A stretch of DNA of 63,829 nt, filler included, from Hausera hauseri (taxonomy: Eukaryota), in NCBI GenBank assembly GCA_046269625.1. It is 12 parts of 12 records of this genome, joined end to end, with 100 filler letters (N's around TTAATTAATTAA, not from the genome) between each part and the next. Parts side by side here need not be neighbours in the genome. Positions count along the whole stretch, not along the records: positions 34,173 to 38,216 come from JBJURY010797534.1; positions 38,317 to 42,293 come from JBJURY010844414.1; positions 42,394 to 48,701 come from JBJURY010114765.1; 9 more parts are not named here. One strand, given 5' to 3'. The notes below the pieces were generated by a model, which saw only the letters and a list, made by a program, of their open reading frames with translations, was not told where the DNA came from and did not search any database. Both the position numbers and the translations under genes were made by a program. Positions 37,101 through 48,801 of the stretch are shown here, one piece after another. Numbering within the stretch: the stretch's first letter is position 1; every line of letters begins with the position of its first letter.

Positions 37101-38216
37101 AATCAGACCGAGTTGAAGGTCTTAAAAACATCCAGTTGCCTCGTACAACCACCGAAATGTGCAGTTTCCTTGGCACACTACACTTTGTACATAAATACGT
37201 ACCATATTGCCCCGAATTGACAGCACCATTCGCACACTTAAGCGGCGGCAAAAAACATCAACCAATCCAGTGGACACCTGAATTGGTTGACAAATTTGAC
37301 AAGCTACACGAAGGAATCAAAACCGTCGATATTCTAGCTTTTCCCAAGCCTGATGCAGAACTTATCCTTACTACAGACGCGTCGACCACTGCAGTAGGCG
37401 CTGTACTCCACTAGATTTACAAAGGAGAAAATCAACCATTAGAATTTTTCTCTTGCAAGCTAACAGCACCTGAAATCAGATATTCCACGTTGGATTGAGA
37501 ATTATTAGCAATCGTTCTCGCTTTAAAGCATTTCTCCTACCTACTTGTCGCTCGTCATTTCACTATACAAACCGAGCCCTTCCACGCGCCAAGAACGACA
37601 AATGTCATATTTATCGACATTTAACTTCGATATTAAACACATTAACGGGGCTAGCAATTTAGTTGCTGATTTATTATCTAGGTCGGTTGGTTCGATTAAT
37701 TTTTCACCGATCTTTACGCAAGACCAACTTTAACAGAACCAGTCACCTCAGGATATGCTTAATTCTTTCAAATCTTGCACAATCGTTGACGGCGTGGCTT
37801 TAGACACCTCCAAACCAGGCCATTCCGTAACAAGTCTTGCACCATCATTGCAAAGGCAAGCTTTTCACAGCGTGCATTTACTACACTATCCTGGTGCTAA
37901 AGCCATCTTTAGTTTACTCCATCGACAAGTAATATAGCCGTCCATGCGTTCTGATGTGCAGGCATGGGTTAAGGAATGTGCGGCTTGCCAAAAATACAAA
38001 ACAGCTAAGCATTTAAAGCCACCTCTATTCCATTTTTCCTGCACATCGGGTTTCGAGTCCGTGCATATCGACATCGTTGGCCCTTTTCCTCCAGACAATG
38101 GTCATCAATTCATCCTCACCATGATGGACCGTTCCTCGTGATGGCCAGAAGCCATCCCTCTGCGGAGCACTAACACAGACACCATAGCTGACGTTTTCAT
38201 TCGCACATGGATTAGC
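34173..38216 (+). mobile_element. Ty3/Gypsy copy 5, subfamily A: GC-rich leader, UBL remnant, open gag (34542-35624), pol as far as IN
   Basis: 360-aa gag with two CHCC motifs; A AAA AAC slippery site at 35615-35621 with pol in the -1 frame; FLIDTGA; RT; RH; IN. Confidence 0.95.
34331..34541 (+). pseudogene. Degenerate ubiquitin-like domain upstream of gag (copy 5)
   Basis: In the gag frame from 34431: SSDFYLTHNGAIIPLTGTLLFF*SRT*RHIHLRIRGG|MNFSP. Confidence 0.85.
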
Positions 38217-38809
38217 NNNNNNNNNNNNNNNNNNNNNNNNNNNNNNNNNNNNNNNNNNNNTTAATTAATTAANNNNNNNNNNNNNNNNNNNNNNNNNNNN
38301 NNNNNNNNNNNNNNNNTAATCTCATAGATTATAGAGGTTTCATGCAGATACCAAAAAAGTATCATGAAAACTACAAATTTGCAGACAAATTTCGAATACC
38401 AAATGACGGCAGTAAACAATCAGCTTCAGCCATCCAACAATTAAAAGTTCAAAGTCAGCAACTTATGAATAGAATACAACCAAAAAGAGAAATATCATGG
38501 CTTAAATTATCTATCCTACTATATGGAGAAATAAATCACATAATCAATGTATCCTTTATCAGCGAGCCAAAAACAACTCAAAATAAGGATAATTAAATAA
38601 TCCCTTACGAAAACTTTGATACATTTACAAACATTCTCGACAAAATACTTTACATTTGGCAATGATAGGAAGTGTTGGATGGTTATAGGATGATTATAAC
38701 ATCTGTAATATATATAACTGCTTTCGTGACATCCGCTAATAACGTTTGTAATTCGCTCAACTCCTGTATTGTATTCGTCTTTTCCTTTTTATTTCCTTTA
38801 TCCTCCAAC

Positions 38810-38834
38810 ATATATATATATATATATATATATA
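38810..38834. repeat. (AT)n microsatellite
   Basis: About 12 uninterrupted AT units. Confidence 0.95.
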
Positions 38835-41314
38835 ACCTGAAGGCGTGTCTGTTCGGTGGCGGTACGATTACCAAGATAATCTGCGCTCAATGTTATTATT
38901 TGGCTATTGTTTCTTCTGTTATATCTCTATTCATTATATTTTCTATTCTGATCTCCAAACTATCTTGTTAAATCACATGGTCGTTCTGAAATCTGACTTA
39001 TATGATACATTCATTCTTTTATAAATAAAGTCTTAACATTGTTAGAACTCTTTTCCACAAGCAACATTTATTTCCATACTTTTATTAGTTGCTATCCCAT
39101 ATATTGTTCAAACATTCTATTGATAATCGCAACCAAAATGTATTCAAATCTTTCCCAACGTTATTTTTCTATACTCATCCCTATGCCTTCTTATCTTATT
39201 TTCCTCCCTCTATATATTAATTAAATAGGGGGAATACTTAGTATAATCAATCCCATATCAAGAGTTCAGGCAACTAATCACTCCACTCAATTTAAAACTT
39301 TTAATTACGTGAGTAAATAAGTCCCCGAGTGCAAATATCCCATCATCAACATAACAGCCAGAGTTTTCATCAAAGTTAATCCCCCAAGGTTCGAATCATG
39401 TTCACATTATTAGTAAATCCCAAGAAATCGCGGCTTGTTTGAACGACCAACATCTTTAATCCAACGTGACTATATGTCAGATACGGAAATCCATATAACC
39501 TCTATGATCAAAACAAACGTGAAGACACCAAATACCTGATGAACAATGAAGGCACTAATCCTGTTTCATAACTTAAAATGGCTACGTAAAGCATGTAAAT
39601 AAATCAAAGAGTGAATTAATATGAGTGACACAGAGCGAAATACAAATATTGGCACAATATACGAAATGAATTCCCCATTTTTAGTTTTTTACTACATCGA
39701 AGAATCAACCTACGATAATCGTTCGTATTCAAGGCAGTCACACGTTCACCAACAATATTATATAATTAAACTCAAAATTATCAACAATAAATCAGAAACA
39801 ATTCAGAACACATATCTTAACAAAACTCGAATTTAAGTAGGTTACCAAGATGTAAAAACGTAATAATGTTGCGGGAAACCAACCCGATTCCAGTTAGTTT
39901 GTCATTTCACGCAAATATAATCACAGGGATCGTTACTAGAGTAAAATTTTATTAAGATATTCACTAAACAACAAATGAATTAAAATACATTCCCTCTATT
40001 ATTTAACTATAATATGTCCTCGAAGGCCACGATATGATTATAAACCAGTTTAATTCATTTTTATCGAGATCGTTCTCGGGTCATACGACGAAGAGTTTTT
40101 CAACCACTCTGTAAATACATGCATATATCGACGACTATGACCAATCGATGAATGCCAATGACGATCCAAACACAATCAATCTCGCTGATTACACGTTTAT
40201 GTTATGGTAGTTTCGGATTTTGTTAACTGCCAAATCACTTCCATCTCGTATAAATGTCTTGTATGGCATCCTTTCCGTCTTTGACTCATACCAAAGCTCA
40301 TGAAACAACAGCGAAGCTAACCGGTCACTGAGCTACACATGGTCATTGAACCAATATCTAAATTTACAATGTCGTCGAAAATTTAGACGATTCATTATTA
40401 CATTATCTGTGATCCAAGGCTTTATTTAACACGTCATTTAATTAACAAATTTAAATACTTTTACTTGGGAGACGCAATGATACGGATACACTGAATTCAA
40501 CTCCTTTCTTTTATTAAACTTTGTGCACATTATTTGCAAAGTCATCAACGTTATCCACGGTGTCCAGACCTCGTGCCAATTCACATAGAGTATAGTTATT
40601 AGGCTCATATTAATCAATAAATTAAACAATTTAAAACATTCGACCCATGAAGTATTTTATCGATGTAGAATCATCAACTCGTATAGATTGCAAACAACAT
40701 TTTATTACAAGGATTCTTTACCATCACATGTATATAAGATGATTCGAACTCCGATTCATGCTTTCTTTCATCAAAATGCTGAACTGAGGCACTCTCGCAT
40801 GTCAGGTTCTTTATACAATATGACACGGATCGATGAGCAATTCGTTTCCAACAATTCTTTTGTCTTTCGACTCCTTTCTTAGGATGGATTTCTTTTCAAT
40901 TTATTCTGATGCCAAATAATTAAAAATCGTCTAAATAAATCATTTATCATAATAACAAGAATTTAGGATGATTCCAATTCGACTTAGATAATCAAATTTT
41001 GGTTTCCCAGATTTATTTTCAGAACGATTTATTATAATACAAATAAATACATCAATACGTACAACTCAATGAAAATATGCCACTTACCACCGTTACCTTC
41101 TAGTGAGTCAAGATCATGATTTCTTTGCGCAGCCATAAGTATAAGATTCAATTGCGATTATTCTCAGAAAGGTTCGATCTGTCCAATATATTCGATTACT
41201 ATATAAAATTAAAGATTATTATAATAATCTTCAAAAACTACTAGAATGCTTCAACTTTGCTTTGTCGTATTACGAGTTAGAAATTGAGAGTGTATTGTGT
41301 CCAACTACCTCGTC

Positions 41315-41558
41315 TATTTATATTTGTTACTGATCTATGTAATGACGTAAATGATTTGTAAATTTAATTTGCTAATTTGTGTATTGACGTCAATTTGACG
41401 ACCGTTGAACCTGATCTTTGTAAATGACGTCAATGCGACGATTTTTTATATTCGATTTTCAAAATCAAAGGCCAACTACAAAGTTTAATTAAAGGTCGAT
41501 GACTGTATCAAAATATATTCCAAAATGTACTAAACTATGATCTTTGTAAATGACGTCA
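41315..41558 (-). promoter_or_regulatory. TATA box with clustered CRE/ATF motifs
   Basis: TATAAATA(-) at 41315-41322; TGACGTAA at 41343; TGACGTCA at 41385, 41425 and 41551. Confidence 0.55.
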
Positions 41559-41663
41559 ATGCAACGATTTTTTATATTCGATTTTCAAAATCAAAGGCCA
41601 GCTACAAAGTTTAATTAAAGGTCGATGACTGTATCAAAATATATTCCAAAATGTACTAAACTA
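41412..41663. repeat. 126-bp direct tandem duplication
   Basis: TGATCTTTGTAAATGACGTCAATGC... starts at 41412 and again at 41538. Confidence 0.9.
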
Positions 41664-42011
41664 ACGAATTTGGATAATTTGTATTTTTTCAATTTTACAT
41701 CATCTGCATCTCGAAACAACTCACACCGCCCGGTAACGGTGGTCGCCATTGTATAACATGGAAAAAGGGGTAAAATATAGTCTACAACCAACAGTGAATA
41801 AAAACGCCTATCAGGGAGGCTCGACAATACACATAGAAGGGGTTATTTTGTTTAAAGTGTTTTCAGGGGTTGCTAATTAATCAAGTTAGTTATGTCAATT
41901 GTTAATCAATCAATATATGATGTTTCAATCAAAATATCTTGTCAATTGTTTTTGATATTTTGAAAGTGTTACTAAACGTCTAAACGTCGCTGATATATCG
42001 AATAATCAATC

Positions 42012-42293
42012 CTAACATTTCTCCCCCTTTTGAAAAAGGATTTGGTCCTCCGGATCACTCTGGGTACTGACATCGATGAAACTGAGGTTTCTGGGTTTAA
42101 TTTTCAACGTCGCATCGTTTATTGGGTTCATCCAATGGCATAATCTTTGGGTTCGGTTGTCGTAGGTATAGGAGAAATGATAGTAGACTGATGGTTGTCG
42201 GCAATACGGGCATGAGATGCCGTTTTGGAAAGTCATCTGGAGAGCATCTTCTGGTTCAATTGATTTGAGAGATTGGGATCGAAGTTTGTTGAA
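42012..42293 (-). CDS. C-terminal part of a probable RING-finger protein
   Basis: Frame open from the contig end; ISCPYCRQ is the last RING cysteine pair. The rest of the motif is missing. Confidence 0.45.
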   Translation of the reverse strand, partial: FNKLRSQSLKSIEPEDALQMTFQNGISCPYCRQPSVYYHFSYTYDNRTQRLCHWMNPINDATLKIKPRNLSFIDVSTQSDPEDQILFQKGEKC

Positions 42294-42393
42294 NNNNNNN
42301 NNNNNNNNNNNNNNNNNNNNNNNNNNNNNNNNNNNNNTTAATTAATTAANNNNNNNNNNNNNNNNNNNNNNNNNNNNNNNNNNNNNNNNNNNN

Positions 42394-43790
42394 ATCGCCT
42401 CGCGTGAACTTTCTCAATGATTGTGTAGGGGCCTTCGTATTTGTCTTTCTCCTTTGTTCCGGATTCCCTCTGTACCAGCACCTGATCCCCTACTTCAAAC
42501 GTCCTTTTCACTGTGGGTCCTTCCTGACTTTGTGTTCCTCCATTCTGTTCCGTCTTTTTGTCCATACCATCTTTCTCTATATATCTTTCTGCCAAATATC
42601 ATCTCTACTGGGCTCTTACCTGTCGTCTTCTGGACTGTCGCATTCAACGTAAATTTTATTTCTGGTAGTATATCCTCCCAGTCCACTTTCCATTTTTCCG
42701 ATATCGTGGTATTTATGTATTCTCTGATTGTTCGGAATTGTCGCTCGATGATACCATTTGTGTTGTGTTCGTTGGTATCCAAATCTTACCTGTTCGTGTT
42801 TTTATTACTCCATCATCTAGTATAAATCTTTCTTGTTTTCGTCGGGCAATGCTTTCTTTTATTTCTTTGATTTCCTTGATGTCCTTCTGGTATTAGTATG
42901 TTCCTACTGTTTCTACGACGTTTATCCTTCGAGTCTTGCATTTCTGCATTTTGGCGTCGTCATGTTGCTGTAGACATTGGCTGCATGTTTCGCAACTCAT
43001 GCAGGATAGCATATCTGCGTTCGCATGATCTGTACCTTTTCTGTACTCCAGGTTGATGTCTAGACTGGATAGATAGTTGATCCACGTCTTAAATAAGGCT
43101 GTTATCGCTTTTTTGTCTTTACCATGAACGTTATTGCCTTGTGGTCTGTTCTCAATGTGAACCGTTTCCCGTATAGGTAATGGTTAAAATGTTGACAGAA
43201 ATAATACATGGCCAGTAGTTACTTCCGAGTTATACAATATCCTTTTTCATGGTTGTTCATTGCGTGTGATCCATACGCAATCACTCTCTTTCACCCCAAA
43301 TTATCCTTCTGTGACAGTAGCACTCCTATTGTGTCGAAGCTTGCGTCCGTATCGAGGGTAATTTTTCTGTTGAAGTCAGGGAAATCTGATATTGGCGGTG
43401 TGGCTAAGGCTCCTTTAATTGACTCGAAAGCCTTATTACATTGCTCGGTCCATATTAATTTCTTGTTATTCAATCCGCATAGTTGCTCCAATATGTTGGC
43501 CTTTGCTGCGTAACCTTCGATAAATCTTCTATAATAGCTGCAGATCCCTAAGAAGCTTCTCAAATTCTTGACACATTTTGGTTTCTCAAACGACGTAATT
43601 GCTTCCAGTTTTGATAGGTCTGTCTGTATACCCTTGTCATTTGCTTATGCCCTAAAAATTTTACTTCTTTCTTGAGTATGTGACATTTCTCTGGGTTTAC
43701 TCTGAGACTTGTTTCCCTGATCCACTGCAGTACCTTTTCTAATATTCTATAATGCTCTTTTAGAATCTTTGAGAAGATTAGTATATCAGT
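42394..43790 (-). mobile_element. Unrelated Ty3/Gypsy pol fragments (end of RT, RNase H, partial IN)
   Basis: DILIFSK, LRVNPEKC, RSFLGICSYYRRFI, DTDASF, NGIIERQFRTI and YEGPY motifs. Confidence 0.9.
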
Positions 43791-43917
43791 AGGTAGAAGT
43801 GTCAGCTCTGCCGCACTTCCCAAAAAGTGCCAAGATTGACTCGGGACCGATATTTCCCCACCTATGTCGCAATTCGGAGCATTTTGTTTTGTGGTCAGAG
43901 ACCCCCTCCTAGGGAAA

Positions 43918-44670
43918 GGACCATGATGTCATAGTGGAATTTGTACATCAAGGACTTTGACAGGTCCAGTATTGCCATACCCACATATATGGGCTTGTTA
44001 AATTGCAAGGATGTTTTCAGCATATTTATGCTGACCAAGTTCTCAACATTTATGATGCTGCCGTGGAAATTGGGCTTGGCAATGAGCTTCTTTGCCCGCT
44101 TACACTCAAAGACTAGTTCGATGTTGATCCTGTTGCGGATATCCTCCATGGTTTTGCCGAATACGCTGTTGTTGTAAAGCTTGAATTGGTCATTGTCAAA
44201 GTCGTTCTTGGCTTTTGTTCGCAGTTTTGTATTGAGGTATATGTATGGCTCCAGCCAGTTGGACTGCCTGAACTGTAGGGCCCGATGGATCTTAGTGATG
44301 CAGAGTCCATTTCTTACCGTTTGCTGGAGATTCATGTAGTGGACTACATAACTCTCCCTACTATTTAGATGGCAGAGCAGCTTTCTGTGCTTTCCATAGG
44401 GCGAAGGCTTGCTTTCAGGGAGAAAGGCAGCTGTTGATGCCTGACATGGATAGAAGCCGGATATTCCATATCCACCTCCAGTATATAGCCCGTATCTCCA
44501 GTGGGATGTAGGTCCAATATAGGGATGTTTTCAGGATTGTCGACTCACTTGAAGTTATCATATGGCAATGGGATGCTGATTGCCAATCCATACAAGTTGT
44601 TGGCATCCAAGAATGATATACATGACGATTCCTTTGTTGAGTCGCATTTGGCTATATTGTTAGGGTTTGT
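43918..44670 (-). mobile_element. Protein-primed PolB fragment (Polinton/Maverick-type), paralogous to about 58700-59450
   Basis: DANNLYG, KLYNNSVFGKTMED and KPIYVGMAILDLSK motifs; clear nucleotide similarity to the plus-strand PolB in contig 11. Confidence 0.9.
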
Positions 44671-44690
44671 TAATATCAATTAACGTATAC

Positions 44691-44772
44691 CCCAACTATA
44701 CTCCAACAATATTGAATAGTGACCAACAACTGAGCGGAGGCCAACAACAAATATATTGTTGGTATAGTTGGG
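44691..44772. repeat. Inverted repeat (about 20-bp stem)
   Basis: CCCAACTATAC(TC)CAACAATAT ... ATATTGTTGGTATAGTTGGG. Confidence 0.8.
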
Positions 44773-45879
44773 TTTGCCTGACGTCTGTACAACTGCCCAC
44801 GAATATTTGCATTAGTATGTGCTTATTACTATGGGGTATTAATTCTTCATGGCGAGGGTCAAAATCGATAATAATATACCATCATTTAATAACTATATAG
44901 TATCGATGGATTACTTAGGTTAAGGGTCCATTATACGGTACTAGCAATTAACGACCATGCAATATCAACGGGTTCCATGTTTTCTCCAACACTTCACCGA
45001 CATACCAACCATCGCTTCCAAGAAAAATGAATCTGAAGGATGAGTTCAGGCGGTTCAGTGGTGAATACCAGCCTGTACCTTTAAAGGTTTGTTGTTGATT
45101 CATAAAATCTTGTATGAAAGCTTGAAATATGAATATCGGGGTGTCCTATATAATAGCAGTGAATTGACATTTTAATTTCACCAAAACTGTGGATTTTCGA
45201 CTCGCAGCGACCACAATCACTTCATCCGTACTACGTATGAATATTACATCGGGTCGTAAATTTTTATTTCGAATAATATAATGCCATTAAAATTAAGTAA
45301 ACTTGGTTGTGGTATTTATTCGCCAACAAGAGTAAATATAAGAAATAAATACTTCAATCAAATTAATTATACAATTTATTCGTTCACCAAGAGGGTAATA
45401 ATTTTCGTATAAGTGGAGGGTAAGCCTATCACTAAATCATATAACTGCTGAATAAATATCTCATCAAGCTTTACGTTCAAGCAATCAACAGATCCTTCAA
45501 TAACTTCTATAGGGAATATTAAATAATTGTTATAACATCTGCAGATTAAAATTACAAAACAAGTAAACAAACATTAATTGGGTATCCAAATCATACTTCC
45601 TTACTAGTTGATGAATCGATTATTCTCATTACCCAACATATGACCTCAGCCTGGATAAAACTGAATATTGACAGGCAGAAAACCCAAAAATCTAAATTCT
45701 ACACACGAGTGAACATGAATTGCTAATTCTCATTTTCGCCATTAAGTGGACTGTTAATTTTAACCGTAACTGATAAGAAAACCTACCAACAATAATCTGT
45801 TCGACAATGTCATATTAGAAAGCGCAGTCTTTCGTTCCCGGTCATTCCCGTTCCCCTTAGCAGGCATGCATTACTTACG

Positions 45880-47085
45880 CTATCTCATCGTCCCGTTGAA
45901 TTCCTAATGCAACGACTGTTATTCTACTGATCATGGTAATTGAATTATACCGAGTATGATTTCATCATTTGTTGTCCTCGAGTACAATCGGTCTATTGAT
46001 TTTCAATTCGAAACAAAATCATCCCTGTAAATGTAGTTCATTACAGGAGAAATCTCATTCACACTATAACAAAAGATGGTTGACGGTAGTCTATCATAAA
46101 GGATAAATTATGAGTATCGGGTCTGTGAAAAGTTTGTACCGGCAGGGTGAAAGTTACGATTGACGAAACCGTTGATATGAGTAGTGGGTAGTTTCAATGA
46201 GTATAGAAGTAAAGCTAGTTGTTTTGTTATAATGAATTTATGTTTCAGCATATCTTGTCTGAGGGGTATGAAGTCTTCTTTATCGATTTTAATTAGGGTG
46301 AGTTCGTCTGTTTTGTCTGAAAGAGGTGTTCTCCAGTAAACGACTTTATGTCTGGAGTACATTTGTTGTTGTGATAAAATTTTGCCTTTATAATCTAATA
46401 TAGCGATATAAACGGTGGTTTAGTTGATAGGTTTCGAATTGGGTTGAGTGGTAACGTAATTATAGGATACGAAGATAAATAGAGGTTCTAAATCTGATAA
46501 GGATAATCCCTCTGGTGCTGAAATGTATTCATTTATTGATGAGAGCGGTTTGGCTATATGTACTGATTGGTTATAATCCTTATTGTAGGTGTATATAAGT
46601 TTTTGTTGTATTACTTCCACAGTATATATACAGTTGGTTGAAGAGGAGATTGTAAAATACAATAATTCCACAGGAGGGATATTAATAATTACACTAGAGT
46701 TGTCGAGCCGTTCGTGATTAATGTCGAATTTAGGATCATTATAGTTGACACTGACAGTTAATTTGTCACTGGTGATATGAATGGCTATAATATCGAATTT
46801 TCTTGGCTTGTCGGTAAGAATTAATTTGGATAATGAATTGGTGATGTCAGTTGTTGTGTGTTGAATACTCATTTCTTTGGGATAGAATTGGAATGACTCG
46901 AACTTTAGGTTATTTGGGATAGATGTTTGGTTTGGGAAAGTATGATACAATTGATCTATACTCAGGTAGGATGACAATGCGTCATAAAAAGTTTGTAAAT
47001 CAATATAAGGCTCCATTTTTATTCTTAATAACAATAAAAGTTTATTTACACTGACATATAAGATGAAATAAACTGTAACATGCAA
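45880..47085 (-). pseudogene. Long intronless ORF of unknown function with isolated in-frame stops
   Basis: ORFs 46420-47085 and 46108-46362 are one frame (KPIN*TTVYIAILDYKGKILSQQMYSR...) and continue beyond 46108. Confidence 0.6.
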
Positions 47086-47296
47086 TACTATATCAATTAT
47101 GAGTTATAAACAATGGTTATAAGAAAAAGAGTGTCAGTAGATGTATGAGACAAGAAACGTCAGCGGTTAGGAGTAAAGATGATAACAATATACAGAACTA
47201 AATAATCATACCCAAATATATACACCAATAAAAGTTTGCGAAGTGCCAAATTGTTTATATTGCGATCTCACGACGCATGATGGCTAATAAGCGTTC

Positions 47297-48701
47297 TCAT
47301 TCGAAGGAGCTAATTATTGGATCACGTATCAGAATGTCATTGATCGTCACGTTTCGATAATTGTGGGTTTCCGGGTGGATATCTGGTCGTCGCATCAGGA
47401 TGGAGACTGCTCCATATGTTCGGGTTAAAAGCGCAGTTATCAAGGGAGTCTCCTCATATTAGCCACATGCATACTTGACGTCGAATAGGTATATTCCATT
47501 GTCAAATTTTTTTATTCAGAAAGGTTTCCAATAAGAGAAATCGTTTAAACACTATTGCGTGGTGTAATGGGGTACTGCGTAATTGTGGTTGAAAAATAGC
47601 TTGAAATGTTTTGTTGTCGTAGGCATAATCGAATATTAGTGTTTGAAGGTTATGTCGACCATGGCGTATAGGCAGTAGTAAGGGAATGTCTCCATCTACA
47701 TTGGATATGTGCAAGGGCGCTTGTGATTGAATAAGCATGAGTGTAAAGAAATCATGACACTCGCTCATGATGGCTAAATGAATGGTGGTGTTTCCATTTG
47801 TATCTTAAAACTTTAGTGTTTCAACTGCTTCATCATCTAATTGAGTTATAGCTTCTCTGGCTCTTTCTTCGTTGCCTGATGCTGCTGCTAACATTAATAC
47901 GGTTGTCCCAGCATTGCTTACTATTGTATAGTCTATTGGATTTGCTGGTTTATCAGTGCATCCTAACATATAGCGTTTTTCCTTTGGTAGAGTTTGTTCT
48001 TTGTTGATTTCTACATAAGGGTAGTATTCGTCTTCCTGGATGATTAATAGCCTTTTCTCATCGCCGTAGATTTCAAAATCATATTCCAGACTGGTTAAGA
48101 GGATTTCGAATGGTATGTTATCAAATGTTGTTATAAGAGGGGTTGTATCTCTTTTCTCGCGTTTATGTTTATATACGCATATAGCGAGGATTACTGCTAT
48201 GATAAGTATTACGCCGATGGGTGCTACTATTAATATTAGCAGGAATATATTATAATCTATTTGGAGTTGTTTTATTGGTTCAACTGATTGTGATATGATG
48301 ATCAGTGTTTCATTGTCTTTAGGAGGATTAGTAGATTTTCTAAAAATGAATTTCCATTCTTTCATTATCTAGTCGATAGTTGGAAATCTAAATAATGAAT
48401 TTACTCGATTTTTGAGTGTATTGACCTCTAGTAATGCAACTGTCTTTTGTTTTCGTAACGGGTCATAGTAAGGTAATTGGATATGGACTAGATAAGGATA
48501 ACCTGATATTAACTGAGTACACTCAACGTAGGTGCTGGTGATTAGAAAGCAAGCATCAATGGCGTTTTCTAATGTGACAATAAAATCGGGATTAGGTAAG
48601 CTGAACATTACACGATCGGATCTCACTTGAAGATAAATATCCAATGGTCTGAATAGAATTATTTTGATTTGTTCCGGAGTTTGTCTTAATCCTGTTATTA
48701 G
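47297..48701 (-). pseudogene. Single-pass membrane protein with cytoplasmic ankyrin repeats (Notch-like), intronless, degenerate
   Basis: Three track ORFs share one frame. TM IFLLILIVAPIGVILIIAVILAICVY-KHKREKR; ANK motifs GTTVLMLAAASG, DTNGNTTIHLAI, DGDIPLLL, STPLHHAI and (shifted) EETPLITA. Confidence 0.75.
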
Positions 48702-48801
48702 NNNNNNNNNNNNNNNNNNNNNNNNNNNNNNNNNNNNNNNNNNNNTTAATTAATTAANNNNNNNNNNNNNNNNNNNNNNNNNNNNNNNNNNNNNNNNNNN
48801 N

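Noticed and set aside
43795-43917. GC-richer 120-bp segment between the Gypsy RT and the PolB fragment as another LTR-like cap or TIR
   Set aside because: It shows no similarity to the 69-nt or 103-nt segments and has no second copy in the window.
46108-48644. Alternative genetic code suggested by many single in-frame stops joining ORFs (also at 16676, 53776 and 61466)
   Set aside because: All three stop types occur. In the Gypsy copies they replace Gln, Arg or Trp codons that are intact in sister copies, and they come with frameshifts. This is ordinary transition-driven decay.
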